Below are positions 1-12,656 of a stretch of 64,000 bases of DNA, piece by piece (positions within the stretch are counted from its first letter, which is position 1; the number at the start of each line of letters is the position of its first letter). Source of the stretch: Camelus ferus. Its lineage: Eukaryota. Under the pieces are notes generated by a model. The model was not told the origin of the DNA, searched no databases, and saw only the letters and a list, made by a program, of their open reading frames with translations. A program made the translations under genes and the position numbers. The DNA is taken from assembly GCF_009834535.1 (NCBI RefSeq), contig NC_045697.1, positions 55,430,001 through 55,494,000 on the forward strand, written 5' to 3'.

Positions 1-209
1 TATTCTTTGGTTTTTTGATTTTGTTTTTTCCTTTTCCGATTATCTACCAAAACAATGTCATACATTCCACAATTTTTCAAAGTGCATTATCTAGTGACAT
101 CTTTATTTCTTCATGTCCTTGGCACTCTAAAAGGGCATCAAGAAGGTTCACATAGGAAAGCCAAGGCAGCACCTGTGTTCTGTCCTCCCTCCTAGGCAAG
201 GAACCTACT

Positions 210-803
210 AGACAATAGGTTCTTGTCTCATGGCAGAAAGAATTCAGAGAGGAGACATGAAGGTCTAGAAGGCAACGTGAGGATTTGTTAAGCAACAGTA
301 TACTCTCAAGGGGAGAGTAGACAGACTCAGGTGAGTAAGCTGCCCAGGTTTCTTTGGGAAACTGGTTACATGGGGTGTAGAAATGAAAGGGCAGAATATT
401 CATTGAGGAGGGAGGAGTTTTAGGTCATATTTCCTGATTTTTATCCCAGCTCCACCTTCCTGAGGGGAGGAGGGATTTTTGTCCTCATTTAGTCTTAATT
501 GGAAGTGTCATGGTGTTAGTGCATGATGGGTACTTCTTATCTGCAAGGTTAATTTCGTAATGAGGACATAATGAGCAAAAGGTTTCATTCAGATGGCAAA
601 CATTCCCACCTTTTCCCATGTTTCTTTGTCTGCCTCTAGGACCCTTGTCACCACAAAATGTGTGGTTTCCTGTCAGTCTAGTGATTCTTGCTTTCCTTTG
701 TCTGTCCAAGGACCCCCCACTCTTTACAAGATGTATGGTTTCCTGCCACATGGCACATACCCCTCTTTCTCTACTCATATCTAGCTGTCCACCCGTTCTA
801 ACA
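210..803 (-). mobile_element. ERV1-class LTR (MER39-like), older copy of the family at 29988-30646; left end eroded
   Basis: Colinear similarity to 30016-30646 (shared AGGTTCTTGTC, CAGAAAGAATTCAGAGA, GGGAGGAGGGATTTTTGTCCT, GTGCATGATGGGTACTTCT, CTCATATCTAGCT); ends ...CTAACA at 803. No left TG terminus or TSD found. Confidence 0.8.
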
Positions 804-949
804 GAGCTAAACCAGTTGTTATACTTGCTTGTTTATTCTGTCTCAATAGGGAGCAGATATTCATAATAACAGAAGACTGAAAACTTATCACAGAAGAAAT
901 ATAGATGCTTCTCAAAGCAGCTGCTTTAAATGATTTGACAAGGGAGTGA

Positions 950-1042
950 CTTTTTTTTCTTTCTTTTCCTCCTTCTTTTCTTTTCTCTTTCCTTTTCTTT
1001 CCTTTTTCTTTCTTTTTCCTTCCCCTTTTTTTTCTCTTTTTT
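950..1042. repeat. Pure polypyrimidine (C/T) low-complexity tract, 93 nt
   Basis: Only C and T from 950 to 1042; explains the Lys/Arg-rich ORF 781..1053. Confidence 0.95.
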
Positions 1043-1699
1043 GCTAAGGGCATAAAATATCTATTGAGATACAGCAGATTTTTTACATAGTTGAAAAATG
1101 ACTATGTTCTCCTAAAATTAACTGAAAGATGAACTATCCTTTGACTGGTAGAAGAGTTTTATATAAGCATTAAAAATTGGCAACCACACTGAAAGAGATT
1201 CCATTGATAAAATGTTTTAGGATTTTAGCATTCAAAGAGATTACTTCCACCCAAGGACAATATAAAAAGGCATTCATGTGAAGGCAGCATTTGTGAGGGA
1301 GAAGCACGATTTGGCATGTAAAGGAGGGAAAGGAAATGGAGAGTTTTCTGGAAAACAAAAAAGGAGAACCATAAAGAAGTTGGAGAAGTTGGGAAGTAGA
1401 AAATATTCAAGGAGATTGTGGATAGTGAAGTTTAATTAGAGCAAAAGGCGTATGTAAGCAAATGGCAAAAAAAAATCATAGGCTGTGACCATAGCATAGA
1501 ATGTGTGCTTTATTCTGAACCCAATAAGCAATAGATTTGAGTATTGAATGTATGAAATAAAGTGACAAAATAAGATTTGTGCTTTAGGGAGATTATTTTA
1601 GGAACACTGAACAAATTAGAGAAGTTTTTACATAATGAAGAGAGAGTAGCTACTTTAAGAATGGATTGATGGTACAACTGAAACATATTCAGAAAATCA

Positions 1700-2330
1700 G
1701 GTTGACAGAACATATCAAGTCACTGAATGTAGCAAGTAAAGAGAGGAACCAATTAAAGTTTTGAGCCAGGATGACTAGGAATTTGAAGTATTTTACCAAT
1801 GGGTATGAGAAGAAAAGTAATATATTCTATTTTGATATGTTACTTTTATAAATTTGGAAGGATGTATATATATATATATATATATTATACACACATTTGT
1901 TGAGACATATAGCAAGCTATAGGTGAAATGTATGAATGGAATTTTTAAAATATGACTGGGCTATTGATACATATTATAAAATATCTATAAAACATGTATA
2001 ATCAATGCTTTTAGAAAGAAAAAATACTTCCAAGGTAGCATATACAATAAGAGGTGAGAACAAAATATAAAAGAAGAGCAAGAGACTCACTGAGTTTAAC
2101 TTTATTTGGGGAGCTGAAAACGACAGAAGCTTCAGAGGCAGCAGCTTTCTAAGAGGCAAGAGAAGGTCTGGGAGGTAATTTTGTCCTGGAGGTCAAAGGC
2201 AGAGAGAGTTTCAAGAATCAAAGGCAATAGTGATCAAATAACTATAGGGACAACCATAGAAGAATAAGTTTAAAGAGAAGGTCATTGGATTTCATTACCA
2301 ACAGTCAATTAACCTCTGGCAATATATGAT
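1700..2330 (-). mobile_element. Probable highly decayed L2 LINE fragments
   Basis: Purine-rich segments resembling antisense L2 (GTTTTGAGCCAGGATGACTAGG; GAGAGTTTCAAGAA...GAAGGTCATTGGATTT); recall only. Confidence 0.35.
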
Positions 2331-3359
2331 AAAGATGAACAAAGGCTGGACAGAATTGCTTTCTTTGACTATTTGAACATCAGTCCAGTAAAACAGGGAC
2401 CACGTTATATGTTGTGTGTAGGAAATAACAAGAACCAAAAAAAAAAAAAAAAAAAAGTGCTAGAGGTTATTGAGAAGGAATCTTTTAAAACCTGTTTTGC
2501 ATATTTACAAACTGAGTGAAATCTAAACACTGCCTTAGGGGGTGTAAAGTCTCAGGAGGAGGAGGATGACTCTAGAGTTTGTAGAATGATACAAGCATAA
2601 GCTGGTACTGTAGTCAGATAAACTACTTGATTTTTATAACTGAGCACTAAAGTGGCATTACCTTCTTCAGAGTGGTAATAACAAAGGTCAGTGGAGGGTG
2701 TGGCTCGGAACACCCTGCTTTCCGTTGCGTCGCCCCGCCACTAGATGATCCATCCTCATGTCAGAGGCTGTATCACTTTTGGCATCACTCTCTCCACTTG
2801 CATTTTGCTCTTCAATGCAGCTGCTAACCTTTTTTCCATTAAAATCATTGTTGTCCTAATCACGATCTATTCTGTTCAGCACTTTCATAATGTCTGTCAC
2901 TTAGGAAATTAACACAGTCATAAAATTAGCATAGTCTGATGACTTGAAAGATATCAGGAAACTCTCTAAACTACTAAAGCTTACAGATGGTACATGAGTT
3001 CTTGCTGTTGTTTTAGTGAGTGTATGAGAAATGGGAAAAATCATACATAGCCTAATAATTTGTGATACAAATATATTATTTATCTGTAAGACTTTTAATA
3101 ATATTGCAAGTAAGACTTTTGACGTAAAGACCATCAAGTAATATGTATCTAATACTTAGGCTGGCTTAATTATAAGAGAATAAGGCTAGCTTAAATATAA
3201 GAAGAGAATATGCATGTTTGTCCACAAAATGGGATTTAAAGCCATTTGACAGGTTGCCCCTAAATATCTCTTCTCAACAAGGGCCCCAGACAATCACTGG
3301 AATATTATCAGTTCAGGTAAACTACAATATTTCCATAGCACAAAGTGTCTTCCAGTACT

Positions 3360-3495
3360 TTATGAGTCTCTGCCGTGTCATTTGTAAAGTGAAGATAATG
3401 ATACTGCCTGCTATTTATTTCACAGGGCTCTGAGGATCAAATGAGATAATTCTGATGAAAGTATTTTGTAAACCTTAATGTATTATATAAACATA
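3360..3495 (+). mobile_element. MIR SINE fragment
   Basis: MIR core-like CATTTGTAAAGTGAAGATAATGATAC...CACAGGGCTCTGAGGATCAAATGAGATAAT. Confidence 0.65.
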
Positions 3496-3932
3496 ACTTA
3501 ATATAAAATTTGTGAATGTATATAGCCCTTGGAGACACATTTGTCTATTAAGAGTTATCAGTATCTTAGTGTGAATCTGGTTCATGTTTGTAGAATGTTA
3601 AGAAGAACTGACTTGAGGAGACCGGCATTAATAGGACCCGGGCTGCTACCTAGGGAAACTGATTTCAGAGTTCCAAAGAGAATGTTGGCCACCAAGGTCA
3701 CAGGAGAGAGCTAGTGCCAGAGAGAAGCACAATATTCAAAAGATACTCACGGAAAAAGACTTTAGTGCAATTTTCCCAGAAACATATTGGTGAACAAGCT
3801 TTTAGTGGTTCTTGTAAAACGTTATTTAAAAAAAATACAGTGAGTGTTTAATGAAACTCTATTTAAAGTAAAATGCGTTCTTTGGAGATTATGTGCTTTC
3901 TGCTTTGCAAGGGGATAGTATTACCTATTGTT

Positions 3933-4026
3933 ATTTCTTTCTTTCATTTTTTAATGGAGGTACTTGGGGATTGAACTCAGAACCTCGTGTATGCTAACAC
4001 TCTACCACTGAGCTATTACCCTCTCC
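3933..4026 (-). mobile_element. tRNA-derived SINE (camelid Vic-1-like)
   Basis: Minus strand has A box TAGCTCAGTGGTAGAG and B box GAGTTCAATCCCC followed by an A-rich tail; homologous to 61752-61866; imperfect flanking repeat TATTGTT. Confidence 0.85.
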
Positions 4027-4049
4027 TATATATTGTTTTCTATCACTGT

Positions 4050-6540
4050 GAATTTTTGTTTTAGCTGTTTTATTATGTTGTAATTTAGATTTAATAAAAT
4101 TCACCCATTTTAATTGTACAGTTTGATGAATTCCTACAATTCTTTTTAGTAGTGTGCCCATCACCACAATTATGACATAGAATGTTTTCATACCCCAAAA
4201 TAGGTCCTTTGTACCTTTTTGCAGTCAGTCCTCTCCCACTACCCCCTGCCTCTGGCAATCACTGATCTGCTTTCTGTCACTATAGTTTTGCCTTTCCCAG
4301 ACTGTCATATAAAAGGAATCATACCAAAAAAAGATACAAATTTTATATACAAACCAGAAATAGACTCATGGACATAGAAAACAAATTGGGGGAAGGAAAG
4401 GGCTGTGCGAGGGATAGATAAAAAAGGAATCACAATACATAGCCTTTTGGGTCTGATTTTTTTCACTTAGCCTAATGTTCTTGAAATTCACCCATATTTT
4501 TTAATCTATTACTGGTTTGTTCTTTTTCATTTCTGAGTAGTATTTCATTGTACAAATATTACCACATTTTGTTTATCCATCTACCCGCTGATAGACATTT
4601 GGGTTGTTTTCAGGTTTGAGTTACAATGAATAATTTGCTCTTAATTTTACAAGTCTTTGAATAAGTGTATGTTTTCATTTCTTATGATTAAATATGTAGG
4701 GTTGGAATTGTTGGATTATAAGTATGTTAACTTTATAAAAAATCTGCCAAACTGTTTTTCAAAGTAGCTATACTACTTGGCATTTCCATCAGTAGTATTT
4801 AAGAGTTCCTTTCACTCCACAACTTTGCCAACACTTGATATCCCCAGCCTTACTAATTTTAGTCATTCCAGTGGGCATACAGTGGTATCTCTCTGGCATT
4901 TTAATTTGCATTTTCATAACGATGAATGATCATGAACATCTTTTAAAAGTGCTTCTCTGATAAAGGATCTGTTTAAGTCTTTTGCATGTATTTAAATTGG
5001 ATTGTCCATTTTCTAATTTTTTGAGTTATAAATTTCTTAACATATTTTGGATGAAAATCTTTTATGCAATAAATGTTTCCCAAATATTTCCTACAAGTTT
5101 GTCTCTTCTATTTTTATTTTCTTAAGAGTATTTTTGAAGAGAAAAAATTTACAATTTTGATGGAGTCTAATTTATCTTTTTTTTTTTTTTTTAGTTTGTG
5201 CTTTTTGTGGCTGAAGAACTATTCACCTAATCCAAGGTAATACAAAATTTTTTAATGATTTCTTCTATAAAATTTATAATTTAAGCAGTTATTTTTTCAG
5301 TCTATGATGAATTTCATGTTAATTTTTATGTACAGGGTAAAGATTTAGATCCCTTTTACAATAAAATAGCCAACTTTCTTAATAATTTACAGAATTACTT
5401 TGGCATGTTTGTCAAAAGTTAATTGATTATATACATGTAGTTCTATTTCTAGACACTCCCTTCTGTTCTATTGATCAACAGGTTTATGTTAATGCTAATA
5501 CTTACTTGATTACTGTAGCTGTGTCCTACGTCTTAGAATCAGGTTGTGTTACTCCTCCAAATTGTTCTTCTTTTAAAAAATTCCATTGTTTATTTTGTAT
5601 AGTGTTTCATCTCCAAATCCTTTTGGAAATAGTTTGTCAGTTTTTATAACAACCTTACTGGATTTTGATGGGGATTGGTTGACTTTATAGATCAGTTTAA
5701 TAAGAATTTAAATAAGAATTTGTCTTTTTTTATGGTTTCTTCTGATCGTGAACATAGTATCGCCTCTTGTATTTAGCTCTTTCTTATCTTCTCTCCATGA
5801 TGTTTTGTAGAATACATGTTTGATATATCCTTATATGGCCTTTACAAATCATTTATTATTTTATTTTGATACTATTATAAGTATTATATTTTAAATTTCT
5901 AATTGTTCACTGCCAACATACTGAAATAGAATTGACTTTTTATATAATGATCTTATATTCTGTAACTTTACTCAGATTTTAGTTCCATAGCTATTTTTGT
6001 GGATTTTAAATTTTGTTATGAATGTAAGCATGTGTCATAAAAGTAAAGTCAATATTGCATCTTGCTTTCCAGTTGGTAGGCTTTTTATCTTGCTTACCGT
6101 ATTACACTGACTTTGATCTCCTGCATAATATTAATTGTAATATTTAAGGTAAGCACACACACAATATTTTAAATGAGGAAGAAAGCATCTAGTTTTTTTT
6201 ATCATGGGGTATGTTGTTAGCTGGAGGCATTTATTATATCTTCCTCATCAGACTGAGAAAGTTTACTTCTATACTTAGTTTGGTGAGATATATGATAATA
6301 ATGTGTATGAATTTCATCAAACATGTTCTGCATCTGTGAAAATGACCATAAGGGGTTTTTTTCTTTTTCAGTCTTTCAATATAGTGAAATACCTTAATTA
6401 TTCTATTAACTAATAATAAATTAATTATTAATCCAAATCTGTATTGCTGAAATAACTCTTCTGGGTTATGATGTACTATAATTTTTGTGTATTTTTGGAA
6501 TTTGTATATTTGTCATACTGTTATATTGATGGGTTCATTT
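4050..6540 (-). mobile_element. Old L1 (L1MB/MC-type) 3' UTR plus decayed ORF2
   Basis: Antisense L1M 3' end (CTGGCAATCACTGATCTGCTTTCTGTCACTATAGTTTTGCCTTT; TTTGTTTATCCATCTACC...GACATTTGGGTTGTTT) running into T-rich antisense ORF2; interrupted at 4322-4421. Confidence 0.85.
4322..4421 (+). mobile_element. 100-bp internal piece of the younger L1 3' UTR, flanked by an 11-bp direct repeat
   Basis: Matches the reverse complement of about 47240-47332; AAAAGGAATCA at 4311-4321 and 4422-4432. Confidence 0.75.
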
Positions 6541-9500
6541 TACTGAATTGGATCTGATTATAGTTTAATGCTCATGACCTTTCAATGGTTCAATGACCTT
6601 AAACCATTTAAAAAATTTGGACAAGGCAGTGTCTCATATGGGTAAGTCTGTTTAATGTAAATGACAATTTTTAAATTTGTAGATTATGTATTTTCTGATT
6701 TTTCTACCTGTGCATTGTTCTTGAACATTCTCTTTTTTTGTAATTTATTTACACATGAATTCAAAATTTTAGGAATCAGTATTTCAGATAATCTTTTCTC
6801 TTATACTTGAGTTATTAGAGCCAAGACAGGGATGATATTTTCACTCTTTGAAACAAGGTTTTGTTTCATTTTTTTAAAACACTTTCTATGGATAGACTCA
6901 GAACTTCTATGTAATATCTAATACTACCTTTCCAAATGTTCAGTAAGTAATATTTTCAGGAAATCAGTTGCTCTCTCTCTCTCTCGGTCCTCTATCTATG
7001 TATCATCTACCTAAAAATAATACGTATCCTGAAAGTAACAGAACTAGAATTTATGTATGTAATTCCCTTATCACCCAAACATTAACAAATAGAAAAGGCA
7101 TCCACAAATTATTGAACAAGGGACTATAGAATGGAAAATATACCACATATCATTTGTGCTTAAGATACTGAGTAAGTACATTAAGTGATTTTGCTCTGAA
7201 ATGAGATCATTGCATTGAGAGGTATCTTCTAATTAAATGCCAATATTAGTCTTATGAAAGTTTGTGATATGTATGTTTTTAAAAGAAATAAGACTGCAGC
7301 ATCCTCTTGATTAAAGCAACATTTAAAGACATACTTGTTTAAAATGTGAAAGTGAGAAATACATACATTCTGTGTAATGAATGAGTGAAATGAGACATTG
7401 ATTCTCTAAAGCTTTTGCATGGTAATATCTAGATGAAGTAACTTTCACCTTTAAATTTTACATGAAGAAAATTTTCTGTTGATACTGATTAGTAACATAG
7501 CTTAATATAAACAACTGCAACTTAGTTAATAGAAATTTCCAGAGGTAAACACCTCTGTTGAAATGAAGCCTTTACCCTTTAATAAACTCCAGATAACAGA
7601 AAACTTCTAGAGTAGCAAATACATTCAAGTGCCCTGGGATATTTTCAGTTATGTTGAGTCCCCTTAGGATTTTGTCTAATTTCTGAAAGAATTCTAGATT
7701 AACTTACCTTGTCCCAGAAGCTTCGAACTCCCAAGCTTTGATGAAGTTGAAGAGGAGAACCCACCCAATTGCCTTTGAGTTCAGCATCTCCAGTTTATAT
7801 ACCATAGAAACAATTAAATAAGTATGAAAAATTACTCCTGAGAGAATAAGAAACTATTAAATTTGAGATGCAGTTTATTACAGCTCAGAATCTCAGACCA
7901 TTAAACCATACAGTTTTCTCCTGCTGTTTGAAGGCAAGATTGTCCCTCTGTCTTGCTACCACAGCTGTGTGCATGTTATTTAGCTGCAATCCAGATAAGA
8001 CTACTTTTGCACAACTCAATCAGATAATTCCCATCCGTTTGATTAACTTTTCTTGACATACTCCTACATGCCACACTCTTTAAGGACAATGTTACAAATC
8101 ATACTAACATATCATAAGAAAAAATAATACAGTCCGAATCAGGGAAAATTAAAAAATTTAAAAAAAAAAATCCTGTAAGCTACTACTCATGAGTTTTTGC
8201 GATAATGCCAATGACTCTGCCATTATTAAGTCATAAAGTGGTACACCCACTGTTTTCTCATTTTCATTCAGTGCTATCAGAAGTGGCTTGGCCTAATAGC
8301 ACATAAGAGAATACAGATGCTCTTAAATGCGTGAAATTCATTCCCTGTTGATTTTCTGCATTCTGACTCGCTTTGATTTCCTTCATTGCTCCAGTCTAAC
8401 ACTTTCAGAAACCATAAGTATTTCCAAAGCAGGAAAGAGTGTACATGAATCAACAGGCAGGCAGAAGTGGAGGAGAAGTACTGATGATCAAGTTGTACAG
8501 TAACTATCCTTCAATTAAGGAAAGTTCTTTTCAAAGCTCCCTCTGTTCAAGAACAGTAAGGGGGAAAAAAGATGTTAATGTGTTTGGATTACATTAAACT
8601 TTTAAGATTAACTAAAAGAAAGGGAGGGAAAAAGTGCTAATGGCAAGAGCACACGGAAGAGGCATTATTATATTACTGCTAATGCACATAAAACATTGCC
8701 TATTAAAATAGGATGGCAGTTTTACATCCTATTAAATATATCAAAGCTGTGCTTCAATTACAAATCCTTTTATATGCATGTTTTAACAAATACGTCTTTG
8801 ATAATGGAATGTAGCTGCAACTTCTTAAATGCTAAACATGAGCTATACTATATAATACAATGCCAAAAAGAAAAATTACCATTAGGAGGTAACCATATTT
8901 TGAGCTCTCTGATTTTATATATATATAAATATATATAATGAACTTTCAAGTGAGCAACTGGGCAGCAACTCAATTTAAGAGCCTGAGCCTCTGGGCTTGT
9001 GATGGTTAACAGGATATGTTATGCTATTATTTTCACATGGTTATTTGTGGAAATAAAGTATGTCCTTGAGATGGCATATGAATAGAAAGCACTTGATCAT
9101 GTTTGTCTGTGATCTTATTTGTAAAATAACTGCAACAACTCTATTTGAAATCTAGATGGTAAAATTAACAAACTTCTCATCCTCAATGGCATAAGCAGTA
9201 GTTTTATGGAAATTTCAAATGCATCAGTGTTTAAATTTAGTCCATGACCTCTAAACTGTACAATTATGATTTTTTTACCTGATTAAAAATGGCAGGACAA
9301 AAATATAAGCAGTGATACTTTTTATTAATGGGATGCTAGGAGAGTGTGAAAGTGGCATAAGGAACATAATGCATGTTAAGAAAACGGTGATTTTTAAGTG
9401 ATTACATGTCATGAATATGAACAAATAATATATTAGACACTAAAAAAAGACTGCTTTTTAGCAAACTCCAGTCTTACTTTTTATTCATGATTTAAAGTAT

Positions 9501-10414
9501 GAACAAGGTTCTGTTTGTCTTAAAAATTATCATCTATGCATACAAATGTGTACTTTTTTTTCCTACTAGAAATTGGAAACAATCCATTAAATCTAATTGC
9601 TTTGTTTTCTCCTTAAGTGTCATAAAATCCAGCCAAATTAATTACTCAATTAGCTCATCTTTTGTGAATTGGGTTCTTTTTTTTCCCCCTTCTCTTATTC
9701 CTACTTTCTCTCAATTTCTGACCTTTCTAGGGTTGAAGTTTGAAGAAGGAAGCAACTAAAGAGACATAGAATTTCCTTCCTGTCTTATGCTTTAGGAGCT
9801 GGAGCTGCACGTGGTGGTCTTGATAGTTGTTGAACTTTGATTCTTTCTCTGGAGGGAAATTGTTGTAAATTCTTGTAAGACAACTCCCTTACCGCCACTG
9901 CTTGGGATAAGTGATGCATTCTCCTTCATGGGTACTTAAAACTTGTCTTTTGTTTTCCGGTTCTTGGGGCCTAATTAGAAAAGCTCTCTCTCTTATTCTT
10001 AGGGTTCCATCAGTTAGCTCTCCTGTATATAAGGTCCCCATTTTGTCTATGGAAAAATCCTTCCTTCATTTTCTGCCTTACAAACTGTATGTGTGCTGGG
10101 TGATTCTACTTGATAGCTAAATTCCTCCATCTTCCTCTTTGAGTTGCTCGTCCTTTAGATTTTTCAGAGAGGCTCATATACCAGTCCACTGAGCCCCAAC
10201 AATTTTAAGAGATGCTAATTAACCCCTCCTTAAATCCCTTGCTTGATTTAAGCTGAGGAAGGAATAAATATCTACCTCTCCTCCTGTTGTGGCCATTGAA
10301 GATTTTATTCAGTTTTGATTGTGAATCACTTTTGAAAGCTAAACTGAAAAAAATAGTTACTATTTAAGAAATAGAAAAATTGGGTTTGTTCCTCCTGAAT
10401 AAAATTATGGCTGG

Positions 10415-10981
10415 TGTGGTAGGCAGAATAATGGAACATTATTATTATATATTCCATTATTATATATTATTATATATATTCCATTATATAGCCCCCTACC
10501 ACCACTCCCACTCTCACCACAGATATTAGTGTCTAATCTCTAAGGAAAATGGTCTTTGGGATATGATTAAATTAAGGATTATCAGATGGAGAAATTCTCT
10601 TGGATTGTCTGGATGGGTCCTACATGAAATCACAAGTGTCCTTATAAGAGAGAAGAAGAGGGAGATTTGATGCACATACAGAGAAGGCAATGTGAAGATG
10701 GAACAGAGGGATTAGAAGTGCCTGGCCTTGCTTGGAGTTTGGGATAATGCAGTCGCAGTTCAAGGCATACTGTGGCCAGCACCAGAATCTAGAAGCCAGA
10801 AGGTATGGATTCTCCTCTAGAGTCTCTGGAGGAAGTGTGGCCCTGCCAACACTTTGATTTTTGGCTCAATGATACTGATTTCACACTTCTGGCTTTTAGA
10901 ACTGTGAGAGAATAAGTTTCTGTGACTTTAAGCTGCCAAATTTGTTATAATTTGTTAGAGTAGCTATAGGAAAATGATGCA
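10415..10981 (+). mobile_element. ERVL-MaLR solo LTR (MLT1C/D-like)
   Basis: Starts TGTGGTAGGCAGAATAATGG, ends ...GGAAAATGATGCA; perfect 5-bp TSD GCTGG (10410-10414, 10982-10986); MLT1 motifs ATCACAAGTGTCCTTATAAGAG and AGAACTGTGAGAGAATAAGTTTCTGT; AT-rich repeat expansion at about 10437-10490. Confidence 0.92.
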
Positions 10982-12059
10982 GCTGGAAAGAAGAGTTTCA
11001 TTTTCTTCCTTTTGCACATAGTGTTGATGTTTGGTACTTGGTGATGCATCTTGCTTTGCTGCAATCAGTTGTCACTCAATGCTTTTTTACTTTACAGTAG
11101 CACTGTAAGAAAATTTAACAGCTATAAAAATCATCAACCAATCTGTGAAATATATTTTTAAAACATTTTTCAAGATATACTTACAGAATATGACTTTTTT
11201 TATATACCACATGGAAAGTAGTAGTCTTTGAAGAGGACAGTCCTAAAGCATTTGTTTCTACTAAGGACAACCAAAATTCAACTTTTTCTCTGAAAGAAAA
11301 GGAAAACAAATGCTATTGGGGCATTTTGAAAGAAAAGGATTTTATTCATGAATTGGGTACCTGTGAGATTTTTTGATCACAAAAACGAGGTCAATCTTTG
11401 TGTTCAAGATTCCAAAGTCACAATCATGAAAGTTACTAAATAGTTGTAAGGTGTCTTAGCTAAATTACTGATACTGATAAAAGAGAAGGGTCTGGTAGCC
11501 TTGACTTCTTTCCAAAGCTGAAACAAGTGCTTTAATAAAATGGAGTTAAGATATGCATTTGTTCAATATTGTTGAAAATACAAATGTGCAAATACTTGGG
11601 AACATTTCATAATTCTTTAAAAGTATATATTTATCTTGATGGCAATGACTCAAATCACCATTTTTTTCTGATTAAATTTTTTTCAGAAATGTTGACCTTA
11701 TCAAAGATAAACTCATCAAACTTAGAAACTAGAATAATTCACTAGAATTAGAAATTAAATCAGAACCTTGGAAAATGGGGGTAGGTATTGAGAGAAGCCT
11801 GGCTGAATCTGGAAAAAAAATGAACTAAGGATATTTTAATTCCATTTTCAAACCATATCTTTACAAATCAGGGTTTTTCAATACTAACAACTACCAAAAC
11901 AAACAAACCAATCAAAATTATGTAAATACATAATATTTATTTTTCTCTCATTAAAGATTAAGATCTAATGTTTGTATTCAAAACAAACAAAAACAGCCTT
12001 CCTAATGTTTCTATAAAAATGAAATTTAATCTGCCTTTCTGTTTGAAATATCTTGTTAG

Positions 12060-12250
12060 TATTACTAGAACATAATTTTTAAAAATTGTTTAACCATATC
12101 TAAATATAATGGGTTTACTTTGAAATCCCATGTGTTTTATTTTACTGCATTAAAAATACTTCTCTGCAAAGGGGTCTATGGGCATCACTAGAGTGCCAAA
12201 AGGGACGATGGCAGAAACAGTAACAACAACATAAACAACCCCAGCTCTAG
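12060..12250. mobile_element. Possible hAT-Charlie DNA transposon fragment
   Basis: AAAGGGGTCTATGGGCATCACTAGAGTGCCAAAAGGG...AACCCCAG resembles a Charlie-family terminus; recall only. Confidence 0.35.
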
Positions 12251-12254
12251 CTAC

Positions 12255-12432
12255 TGTGTTCAGAACAGAATGAAGAAAGCAAGCAAAGGAAGAAGCAGGA
12301 ATAACAGATTGCTAATACTATAATCTAGGTGAAAGATGATGTGGTTTGGTCCATAGATACACTAATAGAAATGGTGTGAAGTCCTTCTATTGTATAAATA
12401 TTTTGAAGATTGAGCTAATAGAATTTTCTGAC
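12255..12432 (-). mobile_element. L2 fragment
   Basis: ATAATCTAGGTGAAAGATGATG...GAAATGGTGTGAAGT...ATATTTTGAAGATTGAGCTAATAGAATTTTCTGA resembles antisense L2. Confidence 0.55.
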
Positions 12433-12656
12433 ATAGTTTTTTCTTTGTTGTTTGGTTATCTGGATTATTTTTTTTCCATGTATTCCCTGTTTGTCCATCT
12501 ATTCTATTAAACTGTCACTATTTTTTTCTCCATCCATGTTCAATCTTTTTATAGTCTGGTACAAATCCTTTGTTTTACTTCTATAGAAAATGACTTCTTC
12601 CAGTCTTTTGGTATCTTCTGACTTGATTTATAATGTCTTTATTTGCAAAAAGTTAA

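Noticed and set aside
781..1053. Lys/Arg-rich 90-aa ORF
   Set aside because: Translation of the antisense strand of a C/T tract.
2662..2856. Minus-strand coding exon ending at AAG|GTAATG
   Set aside because: No frame stays open to the donor from a credible acceptor, and there is no polypyrimidine tract.
9760..10140. Possible additional old LTR
   Set aside because: No termini, TSD or family motif that I could confirm.
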